This document shows positions 43,666-58,290 of a stretch of 64,000 nt of DNA, in pieces. The number at the start of each line of letters is the position of its first letter. Position 1 is the first letter of the stretch. Origin of the DNA: the human T2T-CHM13v2.0 reference genome, Homo sapiens; the NCBI RefSeq assembly GCF_009914755.1, contig NC_060925.1; one strand, 5' to 3'. Under the pieces are notes generated by a model. It was not told where the DNA came from. It searched no databases and worked only from the letters and a program-made list of their open reading frames with translations. The position numbers and the translations under genes are program-made.

Positions 43666-43793
43666 ACACACACACACACACACACAGTATACATGTAGAC
43701 ATGTATACTAAATTAAAGGTACATATGTGTACACATATGTGTATACATGTATACTGTGTGTGTGTATATATATATGGTATATATGTGCACACG
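43666..43793. repeat. (CA)n/(TA)n/(TG)n tract with nested palindromes
   Basis: Direct reading; see findings. Confidence 0.9.
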
Positions 43794-44696
43794 TTAGTAA
43801 AAATACCAAGTATAATCCATATAGAATATAGGGTCACTATGAAGTGACATTTAGAATTTAAGGAGAATGTGGTTGGGTGTGAGTTTGCCGCCCACCAAGC
43901 AAGTCCATGCTCACCACAAAGCAAAATTATACAAGTTCTTTAGTCCCCTGATTGTACTTAGTTTCTAGGTTCTCATTAATGTAAATTATTACTGAAATTT
44001 ATAATGGACTACCTGTAAATGAACTCCAGACTATGTTCTTCCTAATGCTTTCCATGGCAACAACTATAGCCGAAGAGTTCCAGTATGGATTTCTTTCAGG
44101 CTGACGATTGGCAACAGCTCTACTCAATGATTCTATCAATGTTTGGCCAGGTTGCTTGAGCTGGAATCCATCAAGTCTGAATGAGGGCCCTGGCAAGGTT
44201 ATAGTCACATTCTATGTAAGTCTCACATTCTGATTTATGTCAGGTTCCTAAATGCTGTACATGGTAGCTCATCTTAATTAAAGACTGTCAGGAAGAATAA
44301 ACTCATTTGGTGAGACGAAGTTAGCACATTCTCTGCTCTTAATTCCTGCACATTCCATGACTCTTTCAGGTGCTAGCTCAGGAGTTTGGGTTACTAAATG
44401 AGCTCAGAGAGGCCCATGCTTTCAATCAAGGGAGTACATATGGTGACCTGGATGATTATAGGCATTCTGTAGGATATACCCTCCCCATTCAAATGTACTT
44501 TTTCTCAGCAGAAATCTCAACCCTTTCTAGACAGTCCCTGTGATTTCTTGACATTAAAAAAGGTAAAGGAGGTATATAAAAAATAGATATATTCAATCAG
44601 ATCAAACAAGAATTTGATACAAATAATTCATTATACTGAGCTCAAACTGAACCCTACAAAGATCTTTTCTAAAATCTGAAAAGCCTTTAAATTATA

Positions 44697-45056
44697 TGTA
44701 TTAGTCCATTCTTGTGCTGCTTTGAAGAAATACCTAAGACTGAGTAATTTATAAAGAAAAGAGGTTTAATTGACTCACAGTCCACATGGCTTGGGAAGCC
44801 TCAGGAAATTTACAATCATGGTGGAAGGCACCTCTTCACAGAGCGGCAGGAGAGAGAATGAGAACCAAGCTAAGAGGGAAGCCCCTTATAAAACCATCAG
44901 ATTTTGTGAGAACTCACTCACTATCACGAGAACAGTATGGGGGAAACCACCCCCATGATTCAATTATCTCCACCTGGTCCCTCCCATGACACATGGGGAT
45001 TATGGGAACTACAATTCAAGATGAGATATGGGTGGGGACACAGCCAAACCATATCG
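44697..45056 (-). mobile_element. THE1 (THE1C-like) solo LTR
   Basis: tgtattagtccattctt…gaggtttaattgactcacag…gggtggggacacagccaaaccatatc. Confidence 0.92.
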
Positions 45057-46044
45057 TTTATATATATATATAGGCTTTTCAGGATATATATTATATATAG
45101 AACATATATAATGTATAGGCTTTTTAGAACATATGTATTACATATATTCTGGTCCAGTGAATTGGGCCAGGATAGTTTCAGAAAATATCTAAATATCTAG
45201 GTCCTTATTGATCTTTGGAATTCATAAGGGAGTTTTTCTCTCCCATCATAATTCAAGGAGGGACCGTGTCATATAAGTTTTATGATCTTTCAGTCAAGCT
45301 CTAGAAAATCAGGCTTTAAGTTATAAACACACTAGAGAGAATGGTCATCTCCTAAGAATAGCAGGGTGAAATCCCATCAGCATCTCTGAGGAATGAAGCC
45401 CCACAGGGCCCTCCTGGGTCTCCAAACTTTTCTCACACAAAGGGATGCGGGCCCTATTGGCAAAAACATTCACACACCGTGGTTAAGTTCTCCCCTTTTC
45501 TCTTGTTCTGGCCAGGCAGAAAATGGTCAGTCTTTTGAGTCAGTTGAACCTGGGTTCGAAATCCTGCTTGGCATTGAACTAGCTGTCGGACACTCAGCAA
45601 AACTATTCTCTGAAGGTTTGGCTTACTCACCAGTTTCAAAAGAGTTAGGGCCTCTTTCCAAAGGGCCGGGAAGTGGCTTAGATGGGATACACTATGGCAG
45701 GCACAGTCTCTGAGAAGCAGAAGGCATTCACAAAAGGGGAGCGTCTTTCCCTTTCCAAAATCAATAAACATAATAGTAATGACAGTGCAACCATGGAAAC
45801 AAATGGAAAGAGCCATTGTTTGCATTTGAGGAATTACTGGGTACCTGTCTTTGGGCTTTATGTCATGTAATACTCACCCCAGTGACCTTTAGGGGAGATG
45901 TCACCGTCGTCGTCGTCATCATCATCGTCATCATCCCGACGTCATCGTTCCTATTGAGAAATGAGACCACTGAGGTTTGGGGAGGTGAACTGACTTCCCA
46001 AGTTCTTACAATGAACAGCAACAGGGCTGGGTGGGACATAAATC

Positions 46045-46570
46045 CATTTCACTTAGAGTAAAAGCCAAATTCTTTATTATGCTCCACATGATCCTGTCCC
46101 TGCATCTCCTGACCTCTTCCCCCATCCCTCTCCCGATCACTCACTCCAGCCACACTGGCTTGGCTGTTCCTCAAACACACCAGGCAGCCTCCAACTCCAG
46201 GGCCTTTGCAGAGGTCATTCCTTCTGCCTGGAACACTTTCCCCCAAACGACCGCATGGCTTACTTCAAGAATGTGCTCAAATGTCATCTTTTCAAGGAAT
46301 CTTTTCGTGACTTTCCTGTTTAACATTCTAACACTGTCCACCTCCACCACCTCTGCCCTGCAACCAAAAAAAAAAAAAAAAAACTCTTTATCTTTGCCTA
46401 CTTTTTTTTCCTTTGTCCATATCACCTTTTAACTTACAATAGAATTAACACATGTTTGCTGTGTGTGTGTTGAGCCCTGCTAGATGAGAAGTTCCTCCAG
46501 ATTCACGAATGTACCCCCAACACCTAGAACAGAGTTTGACATAAAATACACACTTAATAAAGATTTATCG
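46045..46570 (+). mobile_element. L2 3' fragment
   Basis: cactccagccacactggc…cagggcctttgca…ctctgcctggaa-like core. Confidence 0.8.
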
Positions 46571-47601
46571 AAAGAAATTAGCCAAGGGTCTGGCTTTCAG
46601 GGTCTTAACCACACCACCCTGCCCCTGGGTCCTATTGATACTGACATCTTTTATGCACGATATGATTTTTTTATTCACACAGAAGTCCAGACAACAAGTG
46701 GCTCTTTTGGAATCTCTCAGTGTCCAGCATCACAATAATGAATAAGAGGTGGACAGGATAACCACTGTTTTCTGGGGCTTATAGCTGGGTTGAGAAGACA
46801 CACAAGCCAGACAGAGGATAATCACATGTTCCCTTGACGGTGGTGTGGGACAGAACCTAAGTCCTGCAGGACTCACACCAGGGTGCTGAGCACAAGCAGC
46901 CCAGTTGAGAAGTGACTTCACAGAGAGGACAGGTATCGAGCCATAGCTTGAAGGCATTGCAGTTGGTGGAAAGGAGGGCAAAACCCATTGCTGACTGAGG
47001 AGTGCTCAGCAAAGCCACAAAGGCTGGAATGAGCAAGAGGCTAGAAAGCTCATCTTCCCATCCTCACATCTCAGCTCTGTCGCCACAGCCTCCTTAGGGA
47101 AGACTCCTGGAACCCATGACCTCAGACAAGCTCCACTGTTATAGACCCAGAAAATTATGTCCCTTTTCTCTGGAGAAGTTATCATGGTTTGTAATTATAA
47201 GTGTGCAATAAATGCTTATTGAGTAATTGAATGAATACATTAATGAATGGGTGACCAAATGAATACGCATATTGAAGAACAAAGTATATAATGATAGACA
47301 AGCATATCTGAATTTGGCAATAATATTATGAGTGGGGTAAATAGAAGGTATGGGCCACTTAGCATCCACCTGACATTGGCCATAGTGCTCGACAATTTCT
47401 CATTTAATCCTCAGAGTGGCCATTAGAGATGGGCATTTGGGGATCCATTTTATAATTGATAAAATTAGTTAATTTATCCAAGCCCAAATAGCCAATAAGT
47501 GTGGAGTCAACATTTTTACTCAAGTTTTTGGCTGTTCCAAGCCCCTACTTGGAGGATAAAAGGGCCCTAAGTAGAAAAGATGAGGGCAGATAATGGGGAC
47601 C

Positions 47602-48170
47602 TGTGATGGCTAATGTTAGATGTCCACTTGCTTGAATTGAAGAATGCCTAGATAGCTGGTAAAGTATTGTTTCTGGGTGTGTCTCTGAGGGTGTTGACAT
47701 TTGAGTCGGTGGACTGGGAGAGGAAGACCCACCTTCAGTGTAGGTGGGCACCATCCATTGGCTGCCAGCATTGCTAGAACAAAGCAGGCAGAAGAAGATG
47801 GAATAACCTTGCTAGCTGGGTCTTCTGGCTTCCTTCTTCTTCCTGCCTTGAATGCTTGCTTCTGCTCCTGCTGCCCTTGGACATTAGACTCCAGGGTCTT
47901 CAGCCTTTGGACTCTGGGACTTGCACCAGTGGCCTCCAGGGGCTCTCAGGCCTTTGCAACAGACTGAAGGCTGCACTGTTGTCTTCCCTGGTTTTGAAGC
48001 TTTTGGACTCGGACTGAGACACTACTGCCTTGTCTCTTCCCCAGCTTGCAGACGGCTTATCGTGGGACTGTGTCTTATAATCATGTGAACCAATTCTCCC
48101 TAATAAGCTTTCTTTCATATGTACCTGTGTCCTGTTGGTTCTGTCCCTCTGGAGAACCCTGACTAATATA
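47602..48170 (+). mobile_element. MLT2A/B (HERVL) solo LTR
   Basis: tgtgatggctaatgttagatgtc…ttctgtccctctggagaaccctgactaata; flanks ggacc/ggaac. Confidence 0.9.
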
Positions 48171-48691
48171 GGAACCAAACATGGTGTGAAGAGTAAGGAT
48201 CTCCCAGAATTGTGCTAAAATCAAAGACTATGTGACTTTCACACTTCTCATCCTCAACTCTGATCTTTTCCCCGCAAGCCTACTAGCAGCAGGGAGTGAT
48301 GGAGAAGCAGCTACACACCCTTTAGCTTCCCCAAAGAACAACTTTTTCTAGAAACTATTGAAAATGTGGTAGTACTGCCAGAAGTACGTGAAATTGACTA
48401 TGTAGATCATGGACCATAAGTCACAGTTCAATTCTGCAACAGTGAAAAATTGTAATTTTTTTCACCAGAATGGAAAAGAAAAGCTATGAGCTCTAGAATA
48501 TAACTCAACAAGAAACGTCAGTTTAATCACACCAGTCTTCCAGACATGATTCAGTCCACCCAGTCTCACGAGCTTGTCTGCTCCAAGCAACACTGGCACG
48601 GTTTCCCTTTGGCAGACAGATATATGGGGTTCCCACTGATGGTTTGTACTGTCCTTTAGTACTTGACGAATCATTGCGATTGGCTGTGGCT

Positions 48692-49097
48692 TCTTTCTTT
48701 TTTATAATTTTTTTTTTAATTTTACTTTAAGTTCCGGGATACATGTGCAGAATGTGCAGGTTTGTTATGTAGGTATACATGTGCCATGGTGGTTTGCTGC
48801 ACCTATCAGCCTGTCATCTAGGTTTTAAGCCCTGCATGCATTAGGTATTTGTCCTAATGTTCTCTCTCCCCTTTCCCCACCCCCAACCCCCAAGAGGTCC
48901 CGGTGTGTGTTGTTCCTCTCCGTGTCCCTATGTTCTCATTGTTCAGTTCCCACTTGTAAGTGAGAACATGCGGTGTTTGGTTTTCTGTTCCTGTGTTAGT
49001 TTGCTGAGAATGATGGCTTCCAGCTTCATTGATGTCCCTGCAAAGGACATGATCTTATTCTTTTTTATGGCTGCATAGTATTCCATGGTGTATATGT
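48692..49097 (-). mobile_element. 5'-truncated L1PA (older, PA8-10-like) 3' end
   Basis: PolyT then tactttaagttccgggatacatgtgcagaatgtgcagg…; TSD TGGCTGTGGCT. Confidence 0.9.
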
Positions 49098-49259
49098 GTG
49101 GCTGTGGCTATGTGTGTGTGTGTATGTATATGTATAGTTGTACATATCTGTGTAGGTGGTTGTGCACACACACACACACAAATTATTCAGTCTCTCTGGA
49201 TCTCATAACACTCCTCCCAAAGCTCTACATATTTATTTTTAATGCTGGTATTCATGGAG

Positions 49260-49560
49260 GTATCATGAAATAAAATACACATGTTGTAGCGTGCAGTCCC
49301 ATGAGATACGAACATGCAGACACCTGTGACGCCACTCCTGCCAGTCAAGATCCAGAGCTTTTCCCTCTTCCCAGAAAGTTCCTCATGCCCTTTCCAGCCA
49401 GCACCCACCCCCCACAGAGACAACTGCTCTCCTGGCTTCTACCACCATAGATTAGTTTTGCCTGTTCTAGAAATGCATTTAAAAATAATTGCATAGTGTG
49501 CACTCTTCGGTGCCCAGTTTCTTTCATTCAACATAATATTTTTGAGATTCATCCATTTTT
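49260..49560 (-). mobile_element. L1MB/L1ME 3'UTR fragment (resumes ~50255-50400)
   Basis: accatagattagttttgcctgttctagaa…tttttgagattcatcca. Confidence 0.75.
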
Positions 49561-49574
49561 TTTGTGGTTTGCTC

Positions 49575-50250
<676 letters not shown>

Positions 50251-51379
50251 AAATAGATGCATCCATTGGCTCTTTTTTATTTTCAATCCGTTGCATTGCC
50301 AGACCCCACTAGGATCCATTTATTTATTCTCCTGTTCACAGGCATTTGGATTATTTCCAGTTTGGGGCTATCATGAAAAAAATCCTGTTATGAGGAATCT
50401 TGAACTCTTGGTTATTCTTCCTCCGCCCCCTCCCTTCTCTCATGCTGCCACCTCCCTTACCGGTTCAGAATTCAAGTCTGGGTTCTAATGGCCAGCAGCA
50501 TCCAGCAGAGTTGTGCGGAGCCATGTTTCATGTCTCTTTGGTAGTTTAATGATGGGAATTCTCATGAAGGACAAAACTCAAATGAGGAAGGGGAAATTTA
50601 CATTGGCATTCAGGGGTAGAACTTGTCCCATGACACATCATTTCTAGTGAATTACACACCCTTCTGCACGGCCAGTTCTTATGCTGTGGAGTCAATTAGA
50701 CGATGCAGCAGGCCCTGGCTGCTTCATGGTGGATGATGGAGCTGGCTGAGAACACTGGGCCCTGGGGAGCAGGAAGCAGGACCATTTTGGGAAACCTTAG
50801 AATGGAGAAGAGTTTTTAGGATACAACTCTGGAAGAGAACTGGCCTCAGTCCACGGAGCAGGGTGCAGCTCAGGCATGACAGGAACATGTGCTGGGACCC
50901 CAGCCCAGGACCCTGCCTCCAACGCACCTCCTCTCCATGGGGCACTGTCTGCTTTTCTCACTCCTACATCAGCCACTCGCTCTCGGTGGCCTCCAGCCAC
51001 TGTTTCCTTCAGAGGAAGTTAGTAAAAGGCACATCCTGCCATTGTTAAACCTCTTTATCCACTGTGCTGCTGACACACTTTGTCTGAGGCTCTGTGCAAA
51101 GAGGTCTCATCCTATCCTGAGACGCAGGTGTGTACGAGGCTGTCAGCCCTAGGAAGGCAGCAATCCCACCATCCTTACACCACACCTCAATGGGAAAGAA
51201 CCTCAGCCAGGGTCTCCTTGATTAAACCCAATTCTATTCTCCTGCCAGTGCAGGTCCCTTGAGTCCTAGCCCTCTGCCCTGTCTGCCCTCCAGCATCGGT
51301 GGCGCTCGTGGTCTTCAGAGCTCTGATTCACTGTTCTCCCTGCTTTCCTTATGTCTGCCCAGGTTGGCTGAACTCCATT

Positions 51380-51810
51380 CTAGGCTGTTTCAACTCTACC
51401 CTTGGCCTCCCAGCTGACAGGTGCACGGTGGCCATCCTTTGGCATTTTCACTCTGGCACTCGCTAATGATGAAACTGAATACCCAAGAGCTCTCCTTCAG
51501 CCACACATAGGACAGCTAGAGGTGACCAGGAGTTGCCACTCTCAGGAGCCACCCTCAGCCAATGGCAAATGCAAGGAGGAGAATAAACACCCCAGCTCCT
51601 TTGACACTAGGGGGCAGCTCAGAGGCATGACCCGCGCCACCTGGCCAGTTTTCCCAGCTGCCCGCAGGGATGTCCTGCTCCTTGATGGACGCTGTATGGG
51701 CTGCCTCCCATTCCTTTGCCCCTGCCTTCACCCCCACCACTACCTCCTGGGACCCAATTACACCCAGACCCTGGTCCCCAGGGCTGCTTCTGGGAGCGTG
51801 CAGCTGAAGG
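51380..51810 (+). mobile_element. LTR16-like ERVL LTR
   Basis: ccctcagccaatggc…aataaacaccccagctcc…gggctgcttctggg. Confidence 0.55.
51604..51617 (+). promoter_or_regulatory. Candidate CTCF site
   Basis: ACACTAGGGGGCAG, 13/14 to CCASYAGRKGGCRS. Confidence 0.5.
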
Positions 51811-51874
51811 CAGCAGTTAAGAGCCCTGCTTGAAACTTTGACCTTCGGCAAGATCTTTAAACCGCAGCTACCTC

Positions 51875-52051
51875 ATCTTAGAATGGGGATGATGACAGGG
51901 CCTAACGATATCTTCGAATGGGGATGGTGACAGGGCCTAACGATATCTTCGAATGGGGATGGTGACAGGGCCTAATGATATCTTAGAATGGGGATGGTGA
52001 CAGGGCCTAACGATATCTTAGAATGGGGATGGTGACAGGGCCTAACGATAT
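51875..52051. repeat. 35-bp minisatellite x5
   Basis: Unit ATCTT(A/C)GAATGGGGATGGTGACAGGGCCTAACGAT; GAATGGGGAT at 51881, 51916, 51951, 51986, 52021. Confidence 0.97.
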
Positions 52052-52169
52052 GGGTGACTCTATGTGGAGCGTTACTGTGTGCTGCCACTGAGTCACTGTG
52101 CTTAACACAAACTATGTCAATGAATTTGAGTCAAATACTGTCACAATGTCCATTCTACAGATGAAGAAA

Positions 52170-53006
<837 letters not shown>

Positions 53007-54374
53007 TCAGTGGAGCAAAGAGGATTTCACTCAGGTCTGTCTGATTCCAAAGCCTTCTTCTCAAGATACTTTGCATGCACCTCTCCAGCACACTCAGCTG
53101 ATTGTAGTTCATTTTATTATCACTTTTTAAAAGTCCTGTTTCCCTGCCTGACACTTCAGCTTCTTTTACCAACTACCCTGGATCCAGACCTTTTGTCCTC
53201 CAGAGGAAATAGATAAAAACTGTGTCTCATTCTCCTCTTGTGAAGCTGGTGCTGAAAACACTGAAGTTCCCTTGATGTGTCCCAGTTAGATCCTGCATGG
53301 AAATTCAGTGAGTCAGAGCCATGTGTCTCTTCTAGATAAAACCATGTCAGTTTGTGATCTGAGAACCACTCCCCTCATTTCTCAAAGGAACCCTGACTCC
53401 CACTCATCCCCACATCCCACAGCTGGGGGCTCCAGCTCACTGCCGCTCTTAACTCCTAAGACTGGGGCATATTTACAGCAATGAGGAGCATTTTCAGAAC
53501 ACAGTCGATGAAACGCGCATGTTGAAGAGCTCAGCTTCCCTTTCAAGTCCTCGCTGAGGCTGGTGCACAATTTTCAACAATCATGAGAAATGATGCTTTA
53601 TGCTGGACAAAGAGAATTAGACAGTGAGACCTGCGTCTTTGTTCTCGCTCTTTCTCACCTCGCCCCTGGCAGTCAGAAACAATGCATTGTAAAAATGCTT
53701 GTCCAATTTTTCCAACAGGATCAATTTGCTGTACTTTTATTAAAAGAAAAAAAGGTGGGAGCATTGTCAAACATCCTCCCTCTCCTCTCCCTTCCCCTGC
53801 CTCCACCTCTCAGAATCCGTGCCCCTGCCAGGAGCTGCAGTCGCTGCAGCCCGTGGGTCGGACATGAGAAGCCGGGAGGCTCTGCATGCTGAGAGCCGTG
53901 TGCAGTTGGCACATTGCTGGACCAGGTTTCAAAGACATGCACGGTACCTCCCCCGTGTATGTTTCTACCCTGGCTATTTAAAGGAAGTCAAAGAGGGCAG
54001 CATTTGAAGTGACAGCAACAAAGAAAATGAGAAAGAAAAAGGAGGAGGAGGAGGAGCTGCCATCATCCCATCCAGAGATGGGATGACATGTTCCCTTTTT
54101 CTCATGTCCTCTAAAAGGTGGTAGCTGTATTGGTGAACTTCTGAAAGCAACAAGCCAGCTCTCATCCCAGTTTTGCCTCCCTTTTGGGTTTCCCTTTTCT
54201 CTCCTTCTGCCACCAGTTAAACTTCAAGAAAGGTCAAAAAGTTATTTCCCTAAAGCCAAAAAAAAAAAAAAAAGATCTGAGCAACACCACGTGCCCTGCT
54301 TCTCTGTTTCTGTTCATCCCTTTGCAGATGCCCTGGATGGTCTCTGAGCACAGTCCTGTGGGTATAGGCTTACA

Positions 54375-54892
54375 TCAAATTACTCAACACAGATATTTAC
54401 CAAGTGCCTGCCAGGTGCCCAGTGCTGTTCCCAATGCTGGGGATATGTCAATGAGCAAAACACGCTAAACAAACATCCCTGCCCTCAGGAGGCTGACTTT
54501 CTGGTGTCGGGAGAAGGGGAATCAGCAATAAGCAAGACATATGACATGTCAGATGGGGACAAATCTTAGTGGAAAAGAGAGGGCAGAATAAGGGGACAGG
54601 GAACGGGGCCGGCCAGGAAAGATTCATGTGGAGGCAAGAGAGTAAGCCATCAGGTATCTGGGGGAAGAACATTCTAGACATCAAGACACAGGGAGCAGCC
54701 AGTGCAAAGGCCCTGGGGCAGGAGTGTGGGAAATGGGAAATGGCAAGGAGGCCAGAGTGTGGTAAACACAAACAGCACGTGGTATGAGCAGCAATGAGTA
54801 GGAGACCAGATGGGACAAGTGAGAGTGTTGTGGGCACCTGTCATGGAGGGCTTGTCAGCCACTGGAAGGGTTTTGGCTTCTATTCTGAGTGG
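54375..54892 (-). mobile_element. L2 fragment
   Basis: agatatttaccaagtgcctgccaggtgcccagtgctgtt…cagtgcaaaggccctggggcagga. Confidence 0.82.
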
Positions 54893-55019
54893 AATTTTCT
54901 CTTTACCTTGTGAAATGAATGAGAAATTACCATAGGAGTCAGGGAGGGGCTCACGATGAGCTTCCTAAAAGTCTTCCAAAGTTCCTCGTGGCTGATAGGC
55001 TAAAGTAGAAGTTTCCAGT

Positions 55020-56370
55020 TTCCTCCGGTACCTGCTGTTTCCCTATGTAAGCCCTTAGTGCTGTGAAGTCTTCCACCTCTTCTAACAGGTCTTCTTCTAT
55101 TTTCACTCCCTTAGCAAATTCACCCAGTCTTGGGTATTTATTGCGTCTCCATTCTAACAACTGCCCATTGTAAATACCTAGTCCAGACTCATCTTCTAAA
55201 CTCCAGGCTCTTACAGCCAACTGTCTACTCAGTGCTCTACTGGGATTTCCAATAAATATCACACACACAAAATATCCAAAACTGAACTCATCGTTTTTCT
55301 CCACACCCAAAACCTGCCCTGCTCACAGTGTCTTCTTCTCAGAAGATGCTGACCACAGATTTCCAGCTGCACAGGCCTGGTCATCATCCTTCCTCCTTCT
55401 CTTTTGTATTTTTCCATGCTCCCTATGTGATCCATCAGCAAGTTCTGTTGGCTCTGCATTCAAAATACCAATGCACTGAGCACTTCTCACCACCTCCTCT
55501 GCTGCCCTGATCTGAGCCACCATTAGTGATTGTTGCTTTGAAAACTATAACTGCCTCCTAACAGAGTTAGGAGTTTTTACCTACTTAGACCCCCTCCTCA
55601 ATATAGAAGCCAGAATGTCTCTTCTCTGCTCAAACTCTCCATAGCTCCCCATTCCACTTGGAGTAAAAGCTAAAGTCTCTAAATTTGCTGTTCACTTAGA
55701 ACTTTTTGCAGTGATAGGAACGTTCTAGATGTACACTGTCCAGTATGGTAGCCACTGGCCACAGGTGGCTACTGAGCACTTAAAATATAACTCATGTGAC
55801 TAAGGAACTACATTTGCAATTTTGTTTCACGTTAATTAATTTAAATGAAAATAGTCACATGAGGCAGTGGCCGCCATATTGGACAGTGCAGGCCTACAAT
55901 GCCCAACATGAGTGGGTCCCTTCATAACGCTTTGACCTTTTCTTTTCTCCCCTACCTCTTATAGTTACCCCACATCACCAACGCTGACCTCTCACTGTTT
56001 GTTCCTCAAAAGCACAGGCTCTACACTCTGTTGTCTGCTCCTTCTTCCCGGAGGGTCCTTCTTCAGCATGTTTAACATCTCACCTCCTTCAGCGCTTGCC
56101 TTTTCAGTTCATCCCAACCACGTCCCACCCCCATCTACTCCCAACCCCACTGTTCTGGCTCTACTTTTTTCTTTCTCACTGCACCTCTCCCCCTCTAAGA
56201 GGTTACATAATCTACTTATTCGTTAGGTCTGTTGTTCTATTATGTCTGTTTGCTAGAACACCAGCTCCACCAAGGTGAACATCTTTATCTGTCTAGTTCA
56301 CTGCATGTCCCCAGCACTTTAAAGAATTCAGCCACAAAGAAGGTACTCTGTAAAAAATGTGCACTAATGA
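55020..56370 (+). mobile_element. L2 fragment split by MER3
   Basis: atatccaaaactgaactc…ctgctcaaactctcca…ttcactgcatgtccccagcac. Confidence 0.75.
55693..55891. mobile_element. MER3 DNA transposon MITE
   Basis: cactgtccagtatggtagccactggccaca… / …gtggccgccatattggacagtg inverted ends. Confidence 0.85.
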
Positions 56371-56764
56371 CCATGACTTTGACAAATGCTAACCTTGGCA
56401 GGAGGGTGATATTCTAGGTGACGGAGACTGCCCGCAACTCCTCTCCGTAAATTACCTGGCGGAGGATTCCAGTCCTCCGTGGGTTGATAAGAGATGCAGA
56501 GCTTTGTACTGACAGCTGGAGAGACTTTGGCAGAAATAAATTCTTTGCTGTAGACATGAAGGATCGGGCGTGTTCTGCTCTCTTCCGGGAACTACCATAT
56601 TGGATTGTCAATTCCCATTCATATGTCTGTCTTCTGCATTTAGTGACTAGCTCCTCGACAGGAACCCCATCCTACTGAAGCAAGAACCTCTAATGCCTAA
56701 TTCAGTATATGACACTTTGTGGTTGCTCAAAAAGATGTTTGGGGAATGACTGATTAAGTCATGC

Positions 56765-56945
56765 TTAGAACTGGCTACATAATTTGCAGGGGTCCCAGTG
56801 CAAAATCAAAACATAAGGCCCCTTGTTCAAACATTATTAGGAATTTCAAGGCAGCCACAGCAGAGCATTAAACCAAGCATGGTGCTCTTCTGTTTTGGCA
56901 GAGGGGATGCCGTGCATAGGTCACTCATCCATGAAGCCTGTCCTG
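56765..56945. mobile_element. MER53-like hAT MITE
   Basis: ggctacataatttgcaggggtcccagtgcaaaat…gcagagcattaaaccaagc. Confidence 0.7.
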
Positions 56946-57494
56946 GTCACCTGTGACATTCTGTGAATTCCCAAGGCACACTACACATGTTAAGTCAGGT
57001 GTCCAGGTCTATGACTTAGCAATAGAAAAGGCATCACGTTCAACGCAGATGAGTGACGCAGACAGGTTCTGAGGGCTGGCAGCAACCTTCTTCTCTCCTG
57101 CTGTTGTCTCAGTGAACCACAATCACCCCCAGTCCCCAGATGACTAGCACTGATCATATGCAGGACAGAGTATGCAGTCCATTAGGATGTCATGGCCTGT
57201 TTGCTTCTCTGAGCACCTGATGGACTGACAGCTCCTGGAGGACAAGGACCAGGCCTCTGAAGCCCCAGGGCCTTGAGCAGCCCCTGGACCATCTTCAGCT
57301 CTTAATGATTGTTAAATGACTGGAAGATACATTAATTAAGCTCAGAAAGCAACTTTGGCTTCTTATAGCTTATGATAGGCTTTTTCAAGTCTATCTTCTG
57401 AATTAACTTCCATGAGAATACTCATATATATATATATATATTTTAAACCCTGAAACTAAAGTTATGCTGAACTTCCATTAGCATTATCTGGAAC

Positions 57495-57690
57495 TGGACT
57501 TCCCAGTATGTTGTTTCGGGCAGCAGCGGCAGCGGCAGCAGCAGCAGCAGCAGCACCTGGGAACTTGTGAGAAACTCAGATTCTCATGCCCTACCCTGGA
57601 CCTGCTGAATCAGAAACCCTGGGCGTGAGGCCAGCGACATTTTACAAGTCCTCCAGGTGATTCTGAGGCCCCTCAAGTCTTGAGAGTATT
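57495..57690 (+). mobile_element. MER5A
   Basis: cacctgggaacttgtgagaaa…acctgctgaatcagaaaccctggg…ctccaggtgattctga. Confidence 0.88.
57521..57553. repeat. (CAG)2 CGG CAG CGG (CAG)6 triplet repeat
   Basis: Direct reading. Confidence 0.95.
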
Positions 57691-58121
57691 TGTGTCCTAA
57701 GGAACAGAGTTTGGAAAGCAGTGACTTATGCTGTTCTCATCAGATACGTTTGGATTTTAACACAAATTAATTGTTTGCAGCTGCAACCCTCAAATGTCTC
57801 AGAGGATTAAAATTTTTTGGTGCAATTTTACATAGTGAGTCAAAATCCCATAAAGCTGGCTCATGATGGGGGCATTTATTCAACTCAGCAAGAAGGACAT
57901 TTGGGTGAGAATGAGAAATAATGGTGTATGCTCACATTAAATATACTTTTTTTAACAAAAAAGAAATTGTTGAAATAAAGCAAAAAGGAGAGTTGGGAGG
58001 ATAGATGTGTATGGTAAAGGCAACACTGGACCCGTAGCCAGAAGATCTAAGTTAAGTAAGCTTGAGCAAGTCAAGTAACCTTCTGAGCCTTAATTTCTTC
58101 ACCTAAGAAATTGAGAGACTA

Positions 58122-58290
58122 CCCAGGGCTGCCATGTAGGGTTGAGCAGGTTGTGCACTACACAAGGGAACCCAGCTGAGGAGCAAGTGGGAGCTGAAGT
58201 CCAGCTGAGCTAGGCTTTGTCCCCCTGCAGGGGAAGGGACATCTTTCTAATTGACTTAGAAATGCCTTACAAACCAGATGAGGTTCTGAC
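58122..58290. mobile_element. MER91-like DNA element inserted in a MIR
   Basis: cagggctgccatgtagggttgagcaggttgtgcactacacaagg. Confidence 0.6.

Noticed and set aside
51875-52051. CRISPR-like appearance of 35-bp repeats
   Set aside because: Head-to-tail with no spacers, in human DNA and MIR-derived; it is a minisatellite
56460-56479. Small hairpin CGGAGGA-TTCCAG-TCCTCCG as an ncRNA
   Set aside because: Only a 7-8 bp stem, with no supporting miRNA/snoRNA/tRNA features
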